Shown: positions 1-8,343 of the stretch, piece after piece
How the letters are laid out: each line of letters begins with the position of its first letter
How positions within the stretch are numbered: position 1 is the stretch's first letter
The notes under the pieces: generated by a model
What the model was told of the DNA's origin: nothing
Seen by the model: the letters and a program-made list of their open reading frames with translations, nothing else
Database searches by the model: none
Translations under genes and position numbers: made by a program
Assembly (NCBI GenBank): GCA_026014495.1
Contig: JAOZIF010000111.1
Coordinates: forward strand, 1-34,110
Origin: Candidatus Bathyarchaeum sp.
Lineage (GTDB): Archaea; Thermoproteota; Bathyarchaeia; Bathyarchaeales; Bathyarchaeaceae
Length of the DNA stretch: 34,110 nucleotides
Direction of reading: 5' to 3'

Positions 1-1
1 T

Positions 2-577
2 TTGAGCAAAATGGAAGAAATCAAACTATTCGGAAAGTGGAGCTTTGAAGGGATCGATGTAGAGGATCCTGGGCTCAAGCAATACATTTCAGTTAAACCA
101 GTGTATGTTCCCCACAGCATGGGGAGGCATGAGCATGGTAAGTTCCACAAAGCTAAAGTTAGCATTGTTGAGCGTCTCATAAATAATCTTATGCGTCCTG
201 GCAGTTGTGCTGGAAAGAAGACTCGAGCTATGGCTTTGGTTAGAAATGCTTTTGAGATTATTAATATCCGTACTGGAGAGAATCCTATACAGGTTCTTGT
301 TGCTGCGGTAGAGAACACTTCGCCTGGTGAGGATACTACTCGTATCAGTTATGGTGGTATCGCTTATCACATGGCTGTTGACATCTCTCCTCAGAGGCGG
401 GTTGATCTTGCTTTGCGTTTTCTGTCTGAGGGTGCAAGAAAGCAGTCTTTTGGTAATACCAAAGCTTTGGATGAGTATCTTGCTGAAGAGTTGGTTTTGG
501 CTGCTAAGAAAGATGTGAAAAGTTATGCTGTTAAGAAGCGTAACGAGATGGAGCGAATAGCGCGTTCTTCGCGTTAG
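2..577 (+). CDS. rps7: 30S ribosomal protein uS7
   Basis: Archaeal S7 motifs IKLFGKWS, IVERLIN, ENPIQVLV, DISPQRRVDLALR. The start is TTG at 2 or ATG at 11, at the window edge. Confidence 0.98.
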   Translation: MSKMEEIKLFGKWSFEGIDVEDPGLKQYISVKPVYVPHSMGRHEHGKFHKAKVSIVERLINNLMRPGSCAGKKTRAMALVRNAFEIINIRTGENPIQVLVAAVENTSPGEDTTRISYGGIAYHMAVDISPQRRVDLALRFLSEGARKQSFGNTKALDEYLAEELVLAAKKDVKSYAVKKRNEMERIARSSR

Positions 578-636
578 GGACTTGGTTATGTGCGTTCTGT
601 ATGAGAAAAAGGGTGTTTGGTGTTTTGGTTTTCCTT

Positions 637-651
637 CAAAAAGTTAAAATA
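637..651 (+). promoter_or_regulatory. Putative BRE/TATA promoter for tuf
   Basis: CAAAAAGTTAAAATA in the 139-nt rps7-tuf gap. An AGGAG SD-like motif precedes the ATG at 717. Confidence 0.5.
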
Positions 652-716
652 ACTGGAACAACTGTTTTCTCTACGAATTACACTACATAACGAGTAAAAA
701 GGAGAAGAAAAAAGAA

Positions 717-2018
717 ATGAGTAATAAAGAAAAGCCCCACCTGAACTTGGTGGTTATTGGTCACATCGACCACGGTAAATCAACAACCGTAGGTCACCTC
801 TTCTCTCTCACAGGTGCAGTTGATGAGCGAACTGCTAAAACCTACGAGGAAGAAGCTAAGAAACTGGGAAGGGAGACTTTCAAGTTTGCTTGGGTCTTGG
901 ACAAACTCAAAGAAGAACGAGAGCGTGGTATGACCATTGACGTTGCTTATTTGAAATTTGAGACTCCTAAGTATGCTTTTACTATTATTGATGCTCCTGG
1001 ACACAGGGACTTTGTTAAGAACATGATTACTGGTGCAAGCCAATCAGATGCTGCTATTCTTCTTGTTTCTGCTAAGCGAGGAGAGTTTGAGGCTGGAATT
1101 GGTGCAGGTGGTCAGACAAGAGAGCATGCTTTCTTGGCTTACACTTTGGGCGTTAACCAGCTTGTTGTTGCAATTAACAAGATGGATGATGCTTCAGTAG
1201 ACTGGAAAGAAGAACGATACAATGAAATCAAGAATGAAATGACTCGCATCTTGAGAATGTCTGGATTTAATCCTGCAAAGATTCATTTCGTTCCCACTTC
1301 TGGCTGGACTGGTGACAACCTTGCCAAGCGCAGTGAGAACATGGATTGGTACAAGGGTCCAACACTGTTTGAGGCTCTTGATGAAATGGAAGTTCCTCCA
1401 AAGCCAACCACAAAGCCTTTGAGAATTCCAATTCAGGACATTTACACAATCACTGGCATTGGTTCCGTTCCTGTAGGCAGAGTTGAAACAGGTGTTCTAA
1501 AAGAAGGTGACAACTTGGTTTTCATGCCCTCCAAAGTTCAGGGACAGGTAAAATCCATAGAAACTCACCACGTGGTTGTAAAGCAGGCTCTTCCAGGAGA
1601 CAACATTGGATTCAACGTTAGAGGCATCTCAAAGAAGGATGTTCACCGTGGAGATGTTGCAGGTCATGTTGACAATCCTCCAACCATCGCAAGAGAATTC
1701 CTTGGTCAAATCATTGTAATCCATCACCCAACTGCGATTGCTGCTGGATACTCTCCTGTTTTGCACTCTAACACTGGTCAGATATCTTGTAGATTCAAAG
1801 AGCTTGTTGCGAAGCTTGATCCAAGAACTGGTCAGGTTGTGGAGAAGAATCCATCATTCCTGAAGACTGGTGACGGTGCAGTTGTTCGCTTTGAGCCTAT
1901 ACAGCCAATTGCGGTTGAGACTTACAGTGACTTTCCTGAACTCGGCAGGTTCGCTGTCCGAGATATGGGCACCACAGTTGCTGCTGGTGTAATCAAGGAA
2001 ATTACTATCAAGGGTTAA
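717..2018 (+). CDS. tuf: Translation elongation factor EF-1alpha (aEF1A)
   Basis: GHIDHGKST, ERERGMTID, DAPGHRDF, NKMD, and C-terminal GRFAVRDMG; 433 aa. Confidence 0.99.
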   Translation: MSNKEKPHLNLVVIGHIDHGKSTTVGHLFSLTGAVDERTAKTYEEEAKKLGRETFKFAWVLDKLKEERERGMTIDVAYLKFETPKYAFTIIDAPGHRDFVKNMITGASQSDAAILLVSAKRGEFEAGIGAGGQTREHAFLAYTLGVNQLVVAINKMDDASVDWKEERYNEIKNEMTRILRMSGFNPAKIHFVPTSGWTGDNLAKRSENMDWYKGPTLFEALDEMEVPPKPTTKPLRIPIQDIYTITGIGSVPVGRVETGVLKEGDNLVFMPSKVQGQVKSIETHHVVVKQALPGDNIGFNVRGISKKDVHRGDVAGHVDNPPTIAREFLGQIIVIHHPTAIAAGYSPVLHSNTGQISCRFKELVAKLDPRTGQVVEKNPSFLKTGDGAVVRFEPIQPIAVETYSDFPELGRFAVRDMGTTVAAGVIKEITIKG

Positions 2019-2050
2019 AGAGACCCTTTTTTTCTCTCTTTATTTTTTCT
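2017..2050. terminator. Putative terminator between convergent tuf and HNH genes
   Basis: AAAGAGA...TCTCTTT inverted repeat around a T7 run, followed by further T tracts. Confidence 0.5.
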
Positions 2051-2058
2051 TTCAAAAG

Positions 2059-2787
2059 TTAATCTGTATTACTCTTTTTCACGTATTGTTCAAGTTGTGC
2101 AAATGATGTGGGTTCTAAGAACCAATATCCATCGTTTGGTTCAGCTTTTCTGACATATGTGAAGCATACTGGCAGTAGCTTATGTTCTCTTTCATATGGG
2201 TCAATAATTGTAATGTTAAGTTCTAATTGAAGTGCTTCTTTGCTCTCAGCACAAACTTTGGGAATAGTGAAATTACCCCGAAATCTTAATCCTGGGTTCA
2301 GGTGCCAAATAATGCCGCCATCGTAATATGGTATTTTTGAACCAATTTTTCCAAGGTCTTTCCCACCAAGAAATGTTTTGACAACAATTGTAGCTTTCAC
2401 TGGAATAAACTGTCCTACTGGAGCTATGGCAAAACCGATTTGTGGTAGATAATAAGTGCTTGGTTCCGTTGATGTAGGATAAATAGTCGGCAATAGTCCC
2501 GGAACAAGATGACTAGTGTATCGTTCGTAAATCTGGTCTCGACTCTTTTTAATTTCTTGAATTTTGTATTTGGTTCCACGAGGCTGTGAATCTATATATC
2601 TTCCTAATTTTGCGTGGCAGTTATAACAAACTGGAATTGCGTTGTCTTGAATGTTGTCTTCTTTTGGATCTATATGGTGTACTTCGATATCGAGACCACA
2701 AGATTTTCCGCAAACACCACAATGCCTATCACTCCAAAGAAGGCACTTAGTCTTTACTTCTTCACTAAACGGTTTCTTTTTTTCCAT
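2059..2787 (-). CDS. HNH endonuclease domain protein with unassigned C-terminal domain
   Basis: CGVC...EVHHID...N...CYNCH zinc-binding HNH motif in the first ~60 aa, then ~150 aa of beta-rich unknown sequence. Confidence 0.85.
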   Translation of the reverse strand: MEKKKPFSEEVKTKCLLWSDRHCGVCGKSCGLDIEVHHIDPKEDNIQDNAIPVCYNCHAKLGRYIDSQPRGTKYKIQEIKKSRDQIYERYTSHLVPGLLPTIYPTSTEPSTYYLPQIGFAIAPVGQFIPVKATIVVKTFLGGKDLGKIGSKIPYYDGGIIWHLNPGLRFRGNFTIPKVCAESKEALQLELNITIIDPYEREHKLLPVCFTYVRKAEPNDGYWFLEPTSFAQLEQYVKKSNTD

Positions 2788-3043
2788 AATACCACGATGT
2801 AGTGTTATTCTATAATTAATTTTTGAAATATTTTATGAGAAATAGTGGGTTATTTAGGTCATTTAATTGTATTTTTCATTACTCTTTGAAGAGTTTTCTT
2901 AATCGAACTTTTGTAGAGTTTTTGTGTCAGTTGATCGACTGTTATCCGAAACTATTAGTGTTCCTTTTTTGTTTTGCCTCTTTTCATGTAGCGCCATAGC
3001 CCTTTGGATATCGTCAACTTTTACTTCAGGTTTAAATTGTTTT

Positions 3044-3628
3044 TTAGCCAAGTATTATTGTGAACAGGTTGTGGTTTAGGAGTAGTAGTATTCCTTGGGC
3101 TATGCACATGAAGCCTACGATGAATGTTACTGGTCTTGAGCCTAGGATTGTTCCTATCATTTTGAGGACGTCTTCTATGAATTTGAAGACCATGTAGACG
3201 ATTACTGCGGGGATTAGAAATATTGCTACGTATATCCATATGGAGTCGATTCCAAAGACTGTTGCTGGTAGTCCAACAAAGAAGTAGACTGCTCCTGCGC
3301 ATAGGCTGCCTGCGATTAGTCCTAGTAAGGCTGCCCATGGGAAGTCTTTGATTGGTTTTAGCATGAGTGCGAGTCCTGCGATTATGAGCAGGTATATTGT
3401 GTAGTTGTCGATGTTTGTTGCTTGGGCTTGCCATGCTGCTGCGCCTGTTACAACAACGACGATTCCAACAAAGAATCCGAAAAAGGAGACAATTCTTGTT
3501 AGTATGCTTGCGGGTGTTCCTACCACGGGTACGGGTTTTACTATTCTTTGTATGAACCATGAAAGTGCAAGAAATCCGCCTATAATCAGGATGTATTCTG
3601 CGTTGTTAACTAGAATGCTCAAATCCAT
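3044..3628 (-). CDS. Hypothetical multi-pass membrane protein
   Basis: 194 aa with about six hydrophobic segments and a GGGGAG SD-like motif upstream. Confidence 0.8.
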   Translation of the reverse strand: MDLSILVNNAEYILIIGGFLALSWFIQRIVKPVPVVGTPASILTRIVSFFGFFVGIVVVVTGAAAWQAQATNIDNYTIYLLIIAGLALMLKPIKDFPWAALLGLIAGSLCAGAVYFFVGLPATVFGIDSIWIYVAIFLIPAVIVYMVFKFIEDVLKMIGTILGSRPVTFIVGFMCIAQGILLLLNHNLFTIILG

Positions 3629-3806
3629 CTATTGTCTCCCCAAACAGGATTAATTCTTTAGCTACCCTATAGCACAAACAACTTTTAACGCTTTCTTGAC
3701 CATTCCATAAACCATTCCTTATGTTTCCAAGTTTTACAGAAAAAACCGATTTTTAGTATACTACTGTACGTGTGAACTATTTCAGTGAATGTGTGCTGTG
3801 CAACAT

Positions 3807-3862
3807 TTTTCAGAAAAAAAGTTAGTTTTCAACAATGTACTGCTATTTGTATCCTAATATGC
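3807..3862. repeat. Dispersed non-coding element, copy A
   Basis: TTTTCAGAAAA palindrome plus TAGTTTTCAACAATGTAC core; 33/40 identical, ungapped, between 3823-3862 and 20837-20876. Confidence 0.8.
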
Positions 3863-3906
3863 CGCACGAACATGTGAATAAACTAAGTTAATGTTCTGTA
3901 TTGTGC

Positions 3907-4371
3907 TTAAAATTTCTCTAGAATTTTGGCGTATAGCTGTCTAGGCCAGACATTGTGTGGTTTATGTACTGTTAATTCGATTTCTTCAACGCCCTCAATG
4001 TTGGAGACATTTTCCAGTAGTGTGAAAAGTTCTTCGAATGTTCTGATTGCCACTAGCAAACTTACAGCGTTTGGTCCTAACAGTTCAAAGGTTACAATTA
4101 CGTTTGGAAATTTTTTGATTTTGTCGTGTATGTTTGAGGCTGTTCCCTTTTTCGAGCCAGAAACATTTATGAATAAACCCACGGTTGCTTGGAATCCTAG
4201 TTTTTCTAAATCTACTGTTATTGATGAATATGTGAACAGAGTTTTTTTCAGTTTTGCATATCGTCGAATTACTGTTTGGGTTGAAACTCCGATTTGCTCT
4301 GCGACTTTTTTAAATTGTATACGAGAGTTTTTGCAAAAAATTTTTGCTATTTTAAAATCAATATCATCCAT
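3907..4371 (-). CDS. Lrp/AsnC family transcriptional regulator (second of pair)
   Basis: MDDIDFKI...SRIQFKKVAEQIGVSTQTVIRRY HTH plus RAM-like C-terminus. True start placed at ATG 4371 (AAGGAA upstream), not 4527, which overlaps the previous gene. Confidence 0.88.
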   Translation of the reverse strand: MDDIDFKIAKIFCKNSRIQFKKVAEQIGVSTQTVIRRYAKLKKTLFTYSSITVDLEKLGFQATVGLFINVSGSKKGTASNIHDKIKKFPNVIVTFELLGPNAVSLLVAIRTFEELFTLLENVSNIEGVEEIELTVHKPHNVWPRQLYAKILEKF

Positions 4372-4382
4372 TGTTTGTTCCT

Positions 4383-4859
4383 TCAGCGAAATTTGATATT
4401 TTCTGGATGTGCTTCTGTGCCTGCTCCAATGTTCAAGTTTGTTTCTGTCTCCAAGACTCCTGGGATATTTCGTATTGTTTCTACGATTTGGTTTAGTTCC
4501 TCTGTGTTGTGGGTTAATGCAAAGCAAATAATGTTTTTTCTTCCGAAACCTTTGATTGCCACCAAGATTTCGGGGATGCTCCTTAGCTGCTCAAGTGTTT
4601 CTGAAAGAGATGTGGATAAAACTCTAAGCCTTATGGTTGCTCTGGTTTTGTAGCCTAAAGCATATGGGTTAATGTCCATTACGGCGCCTGTTATTATGCC
4701 ATCTTTTTGTAATCTATTAAAACGGTTTCTGATGTTGCTGATTGAAGTTTTAGTTTCTTTAGCAATTTCTGAGAAGCTTGCTCGTGAATCACGCATTAAC
4801 GTTTGTAAGATTTTGCAATCAATGTTGTCTATTTCTCTTTTGCTCTGCAATCGATTCAC
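4383..4859 (-). CDS. Lrp/AsnC family transcriptional regulator (first of pair)
   Basis: IDNIDCKILQTLMRDSRASFSEIAKE...IRNRFNRLQKDGII HTH, NPYALGY linker, RAM-like domain. Confidence 0.93.
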   Translation of the reverse strand: MNRLQSKREIDNIDCKILQTLMRDSRASFSEIAKETKTSISNIRNRFNRLQKDGIITGAVMDINPYALGYKTRATIRLRVLSTSLSETLEQLRSIPEILVAIKGFGRKNIICFALTHNTEELNQIVETIRNIPGVLETETNLNIGAGTEAHPENIKFR

Positions 4860-5047
4860 TTGTTCCTAAACTGGGTGTTATGCATATTTACTTTACTGCT
4901 TAATGTTTTTGACATTCATGTATCTTTTTTCTTGTTTTTTGTGGTTTTTTGCCAAAAATTGTGCCTGTAATTAATATTAACTTCAACACTTTATTTTTGG
5001 AATATTTTATAAATAAATATGCTTAAAATAACATTTAATTCCATATA

Positions 5048-5065
5048 TTTCCTGTTAGTAGGAAA
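5048..5065. promoter_or_regulatory. Candidate operator in divergent Lrp / beta-propeller intergenic region
   Basis: TTTCCT-N6-AGGAAA inverted repeat within a very AT-rich 260-bp divergent promoter region. Confidence 0.35.
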
Positions 5066-5120
5066 AATTTTTTAAATAAATTAGTAGAACTAGGAACCGT
5101 AAAATAGAGGAGAATAAAAA

Positions 5121-7622
5121 ATGAAACTATTAAAAACCAAAACAAAATCTACAACCAGCATATTAGCTCTACTGCTAATATCAACAGCTATTATTGCAAA
5201 CATACCCCTAGGACAAGCGGTTACAGAAGTAGAAACATACAGCTTCATTACCGTAAATCCTAACCCAATAGGCGTAGGCCAAACCGCATTTGTTACTTTC
5301 TGGCTAGACCAAGTTACACCAACAGCATCAGCTTCTGCAGGTGACAGATGGGAAGACATAACAGTAAAAATCGAAGCACCTGATGGAACAGTTGAAAACC
5401 TAACAGGTAATACTCTTGATGCTGTAGCAGCTGGATGGACAACTTACACGCCAACACAAGTCGGAATATACACTTTCCAAATGATTTTCCCTGGACAACA
5501 CATAGAAACATTTGGCGGATGGCCAGCCCCACAACAATGGAACCACACATACTTACCAAGTGTAAGCGCTATAGCAGAACTTACAGTTCAACAAGACCCA
5601 ATAGACTCCTTGGGCTTAACCCCTCTACCCACAGATTACTGGAGCCGACCAATAAATGCAGAAACCCACGGATGGGGATCAATTACAGGAAACTGGTTAG
5701 CTGGAGCATCAGGCGGTCCACACGGACCTAGAGCATACGGTCCATCTGGAAACTACAATCCATACGCTGATGCACCAGACGCTGGTCACATAGTATGGAC
5801 AAAAGAATTGACCTTCGGAGGCGTTGTTGGAGGCGAATATGGCGACGTTCCCTACTACCCTGGAGAATCATACGAACGAAAATTTGCTCCATCAATAATC
5901 ATGAACGGCAGACTATACTACAACAACCGATTAGGCTCATCAACATGGCAAGGATTCACGTGCGTAGACTTACAAACTGGAGAAGAACTCTGGACCAAAG
6001 CTGAAGGTACCCTAACCTGTGGCCAGTTACTTGACGTGGAAACACCAAACCAACACGGAGTTATTCCTTACCTATGGAGCGCCAGTGGAACAACATGGAA
6101 AATGTATGACGCATTTTCAGGCGACTGGATACTTGACGTCTCAAACGTGAGCTCAGGAACACTAGCATACGGAACAATGGGCGAACTTTTGGTGTACACC
6201 TTTGATGGAACTGCAGGCACGTTATCGTTGTGGAACTCAACTTTAGCAATTCAACCTAACATTGATACTGCATGGTCATGGAGACCCACTGCAGGAACAA
6301 CAGTTGACGGAAACAACGGAAAACAATGGACTGTTAACGTTCCAGCTGTTCCAGGCGGTAGCATAAACAAAGTAGAAAATGATATCGTGTACGTCACGCA
6401 AGCCGCGCGCTTTAGTGCAGTTAACGTATTAGCGGGATTTGATGCAAACACAGGCGAACACCTTTGGGGTCCAGTAAGTGTAAATCGTGGTGACACTCTG
6501 GGCGGTTCAATGTACGAAATTTCAGGCGGCTCATACGCTGAATTCGTACGCGAAACCATGCAATGGTACGGCTACGATGTAACCACTGGTGAACAAATAT
6601 GGGGACCAACAGAAGCTTACACCAATGCTTGGGGCTTCTACCAAACCTACTGTGACTCAATGGTTGCTGGAGACCTACTTATAGCAGCTAGCTACGACGG
6701 AACAATACACTGCTATAACATCACAACAGGCACCCACATGTGGGATCACTTCACTGGAAGCGCAGGCTTCGAAACCCCATACGGCAATTGGCCATACAAA
6801 GACTCAGCCATAACAGTTGCAGACGGAAAAGTATACGTTGTCAACAATGAGCACTCACCATCTACACCATTCTACCGCGGAAACCAGATGCACTGCATTG
6901 ACCTTGAAACTGGAATTGGTCTATGGAACATATCATTCATGGGACTTGCTCCAGTAATTGCAGACGGCTATGCTGTAGCACACAATTACTTGGACAACAG
7001 AATCTACTGCTTTGGCATGGGACAAACTGAAACATCAGTTATTGCTTCACCCGCAATTGTCACTGATGGCTCAAGTGTACTAATCACTGGCTCAGTTACA
7101 GACCAGTCCACAGGTAACCCTGGCAGCGCATGTGTATCAGCAGACAGCATGAGCGACTGGATGGAATACCTGTACATGGGCGCACAGATGCCTACCGATG
7201 TAGAAGGCATTAGCGTAACATTAACTGCCATTGATCCAAACGGCAACTCACAAAACATCGACGAAGTTACAACAGACCTAAGCGGCAACTTCGGCACAAT
7301 GTGGACTCCACCTGTTGAAGGCACCTACCAAATCACAGCTACATTTGAGGGAACAGAATCCTACGGAAGTTCTTACTCCACAGCTTACATGGGAGTAGAC
7401 CCCGCACTCTCAACCGCAACACCAATAGAACCAGAAGAACCAGAAACCCCAACAGAACCTGAAACACCCGAACAACCCGAAACCGAAGAGCCCACAACAG
7501 AAACAGAAGAACCAGCAACTGAAACAGCATTACTAACAACAGAGACCGCAATCATAGCAGCAATCGCAATTGCAGCAATCATTGGTGCAGTCAGCATCTT
7601 TGTGCTACGAAAGCGAAAATAA
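5121..7622 (+). CDS. Secreted, membrane-anchored PQQ-like beta-propeller repeat protein
   Basis: Signal peptide; repeated [C/G][V/F/I/Y]DxxTGxxLW blades; P/E/T-rich linker; C-terminal TM helix with RKRK tail; strong GAGGAG SD. Confidence 0.9.
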   Translation: MKLLKTKTKSTTSILALLLISTAIIANIPLGQAVTEVETYSFITVNPNPIGVGQTAFVTFWLDQVTPTASASAGDRWEDITVKIEAPDGTVENLTGNTLDAVAAGWTTYTPTQVGIYTFQMIFPGQHIETFGGWPAPQQWNHTYLPSVSAIAELTVQQDPIDSLGLTPLPTDYWSRPINAETHGWGSITGNWLAGASGGPHGPRAYGPSGNYNPYADAPDAGHIVWTKELTFGGVVGGEYGDVPYYPGESYERKFAPSIIMNGRLYYNNRLGSSTWQGFTCVDLQTGEELWTKAEGTLTCGQLLDVETPNQHGVIPYLWSASGTTWKMYDAFSGDWILDVSNVSSGTLAYGTMGELLVYTFDGTAGTLSLWNSTLAIQPNIDTAWSWRPTAGTTVDGNNGKQWTVNVPAVPGGSINKVENDIVYVTQAARFSAVNVLAGFDANTGEHLWGPVSVNRGDTLGGSMYEISGGSYAEFVRETMQWYGYDVTTGEQIWGPTEAYTNAWGFYQTYCDSMVAGDLLIAASYDGTIHCYNITTGTHMWDHFTGSAGFETPYGNWPYKDSAITVADGKVYVVNNEHSPSTPFYRGNQMHCIDLETGIGLWNISFMGLAPVIADGYAVAHNYLDNRIYCFGMGQTETSVIASPAIVTDGSSVLITGSVTDQSTGNPGSACVSADSMSDWMEYLYMGAQMPTDVEGISVTLTAIDPNGNSQNIDEVTTDLSGNFGTMWTPPVEGTYQITATFEGTESYGSSYSTAYMGVDPALSTATPIEPEEPETPTEPETPEQPETEEPTTETEEPATETALLTTETAIIAAIAIAAIIGAVSIFVLRKRK

Positions 7623-7635
7623 ACCAAAATTTTCC

Positions 7636-7656
7636 CTCCCTTCTTTTTTTTGGGAG
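7636..7656 (+). terminator. Putative terminator after beta-propeller gene
   Basis: CTCCC...GGGAG stem enclosing a T8 run, 13 nt after the stop codon. Confidence 0.5.
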
Positions 7657-7995
7657 TAAAAATCATCAAAAGAAAATGGGGACTGAAAAGGCTCATGCAC
7701 AGAAAATGAAAACTAACAGGCATCATGTAATGGCTTTGTTTTTTCATTTTTTCTCCTTACTGCGCTGTGCAGGAGCCTCAGCAAACCCCTTTTTTCTTTT
7801 ATATTGACTCTTTTGCGGCTTGTGATTCTAAAAGTTTCCACTTTGATTCCAACTGGGCTTAACGTTGGCATGTTTTCTTGAACACACGGCAAATGAATGC
7901 TGGATATATCATTTTTCGATACATGTCTTGTAGGGTAGGATGCTATTTATTACGAATCTAGATACTGTATCAATTAACTAAGTGGGGATTGTGAT

Positions 7996-8139
7996 ATGAG
8001 TTACACAATTGAAATAGAGCTTCCTCGTTCTGGTGCATGGTTCAAGTACTTCACTAACGTGGATTCTTTGGAAGAAGCCCAAAGCATAACGCATGAAGCA
8101 GATGAAACCATCAAAACAAGGATACTAAAGAACGCTTAA
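7996..8139 (+). CDS. Small hypothetical protein, 47 aa (not in ORF track)
   Basis: MSYTIEIELPRSGAWFKYFTNVDSLEEAQSITHEADETIKTRILKNA. GGGGATTGTGAT SD-like motif, TATA-like TTTATTA at 7946-7952, and a downstream T tract near 8160. Confidence 0.5.
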   Translation: MSYTIEIELPRSGAWFKYFTNVDSLEEAQSITHEADETIKTRILKNA

Positions 8140-8343
8140 CACACAAACTGCGCCTAGCCTTTTTTTGTGGCGCAACCATTTCTTTTGACCATTATACTGG
8201 AAGATTTTTCGTTTTTTTGTTTGTAATGTATTGTATGCTTTTTTTTGTTGCAATACAAACTGTTTGCCGCAATTCGATACTGCGCAGTATTTAATAGCCT
8301 CTTTTTGTTAACTTTTCGCTTAGTGGTCAGGGCGAGATAAACA

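Noticed and set aside
3021-3560. Long alternative-frame and antisense ORFs (e.g. 3021-3560, 3926-4396, 24516-24968, 10784-11128, 8154-8447)
   Set aside because: They are shadows of well-supported genes or low-complexity sequence, with no protein-like motifs.
4372-4527. ORF-track N-terminal extension of the second Lrp, and a possible fused double-Lrp
   Set aside because: It overlaps the first Lrp in another frame. The two genes are out of frame, so read-through fusion is not supported.
7420-7530. Repetitive ACCAGAA/GAAAC-rich tract
   Set aside because: It encodes the Pro/Glu/Thr stalk and is not a CRISPR or DNA-level tandem repeat.
7385-7747. 120-aa minus-strand ORF with an AAGGAG-AAAAA-ATG start like real genes here; a shifted frame reads like a decayed signal peptide (NKAIT*CLLVFIFCA*AFSVP)
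   Set aside because: Two-thirds of it is the antisense shadow of the propeller's tail, and the alternative frame has stops. It could be a pseudogene stub but cannot be supported without homologues.
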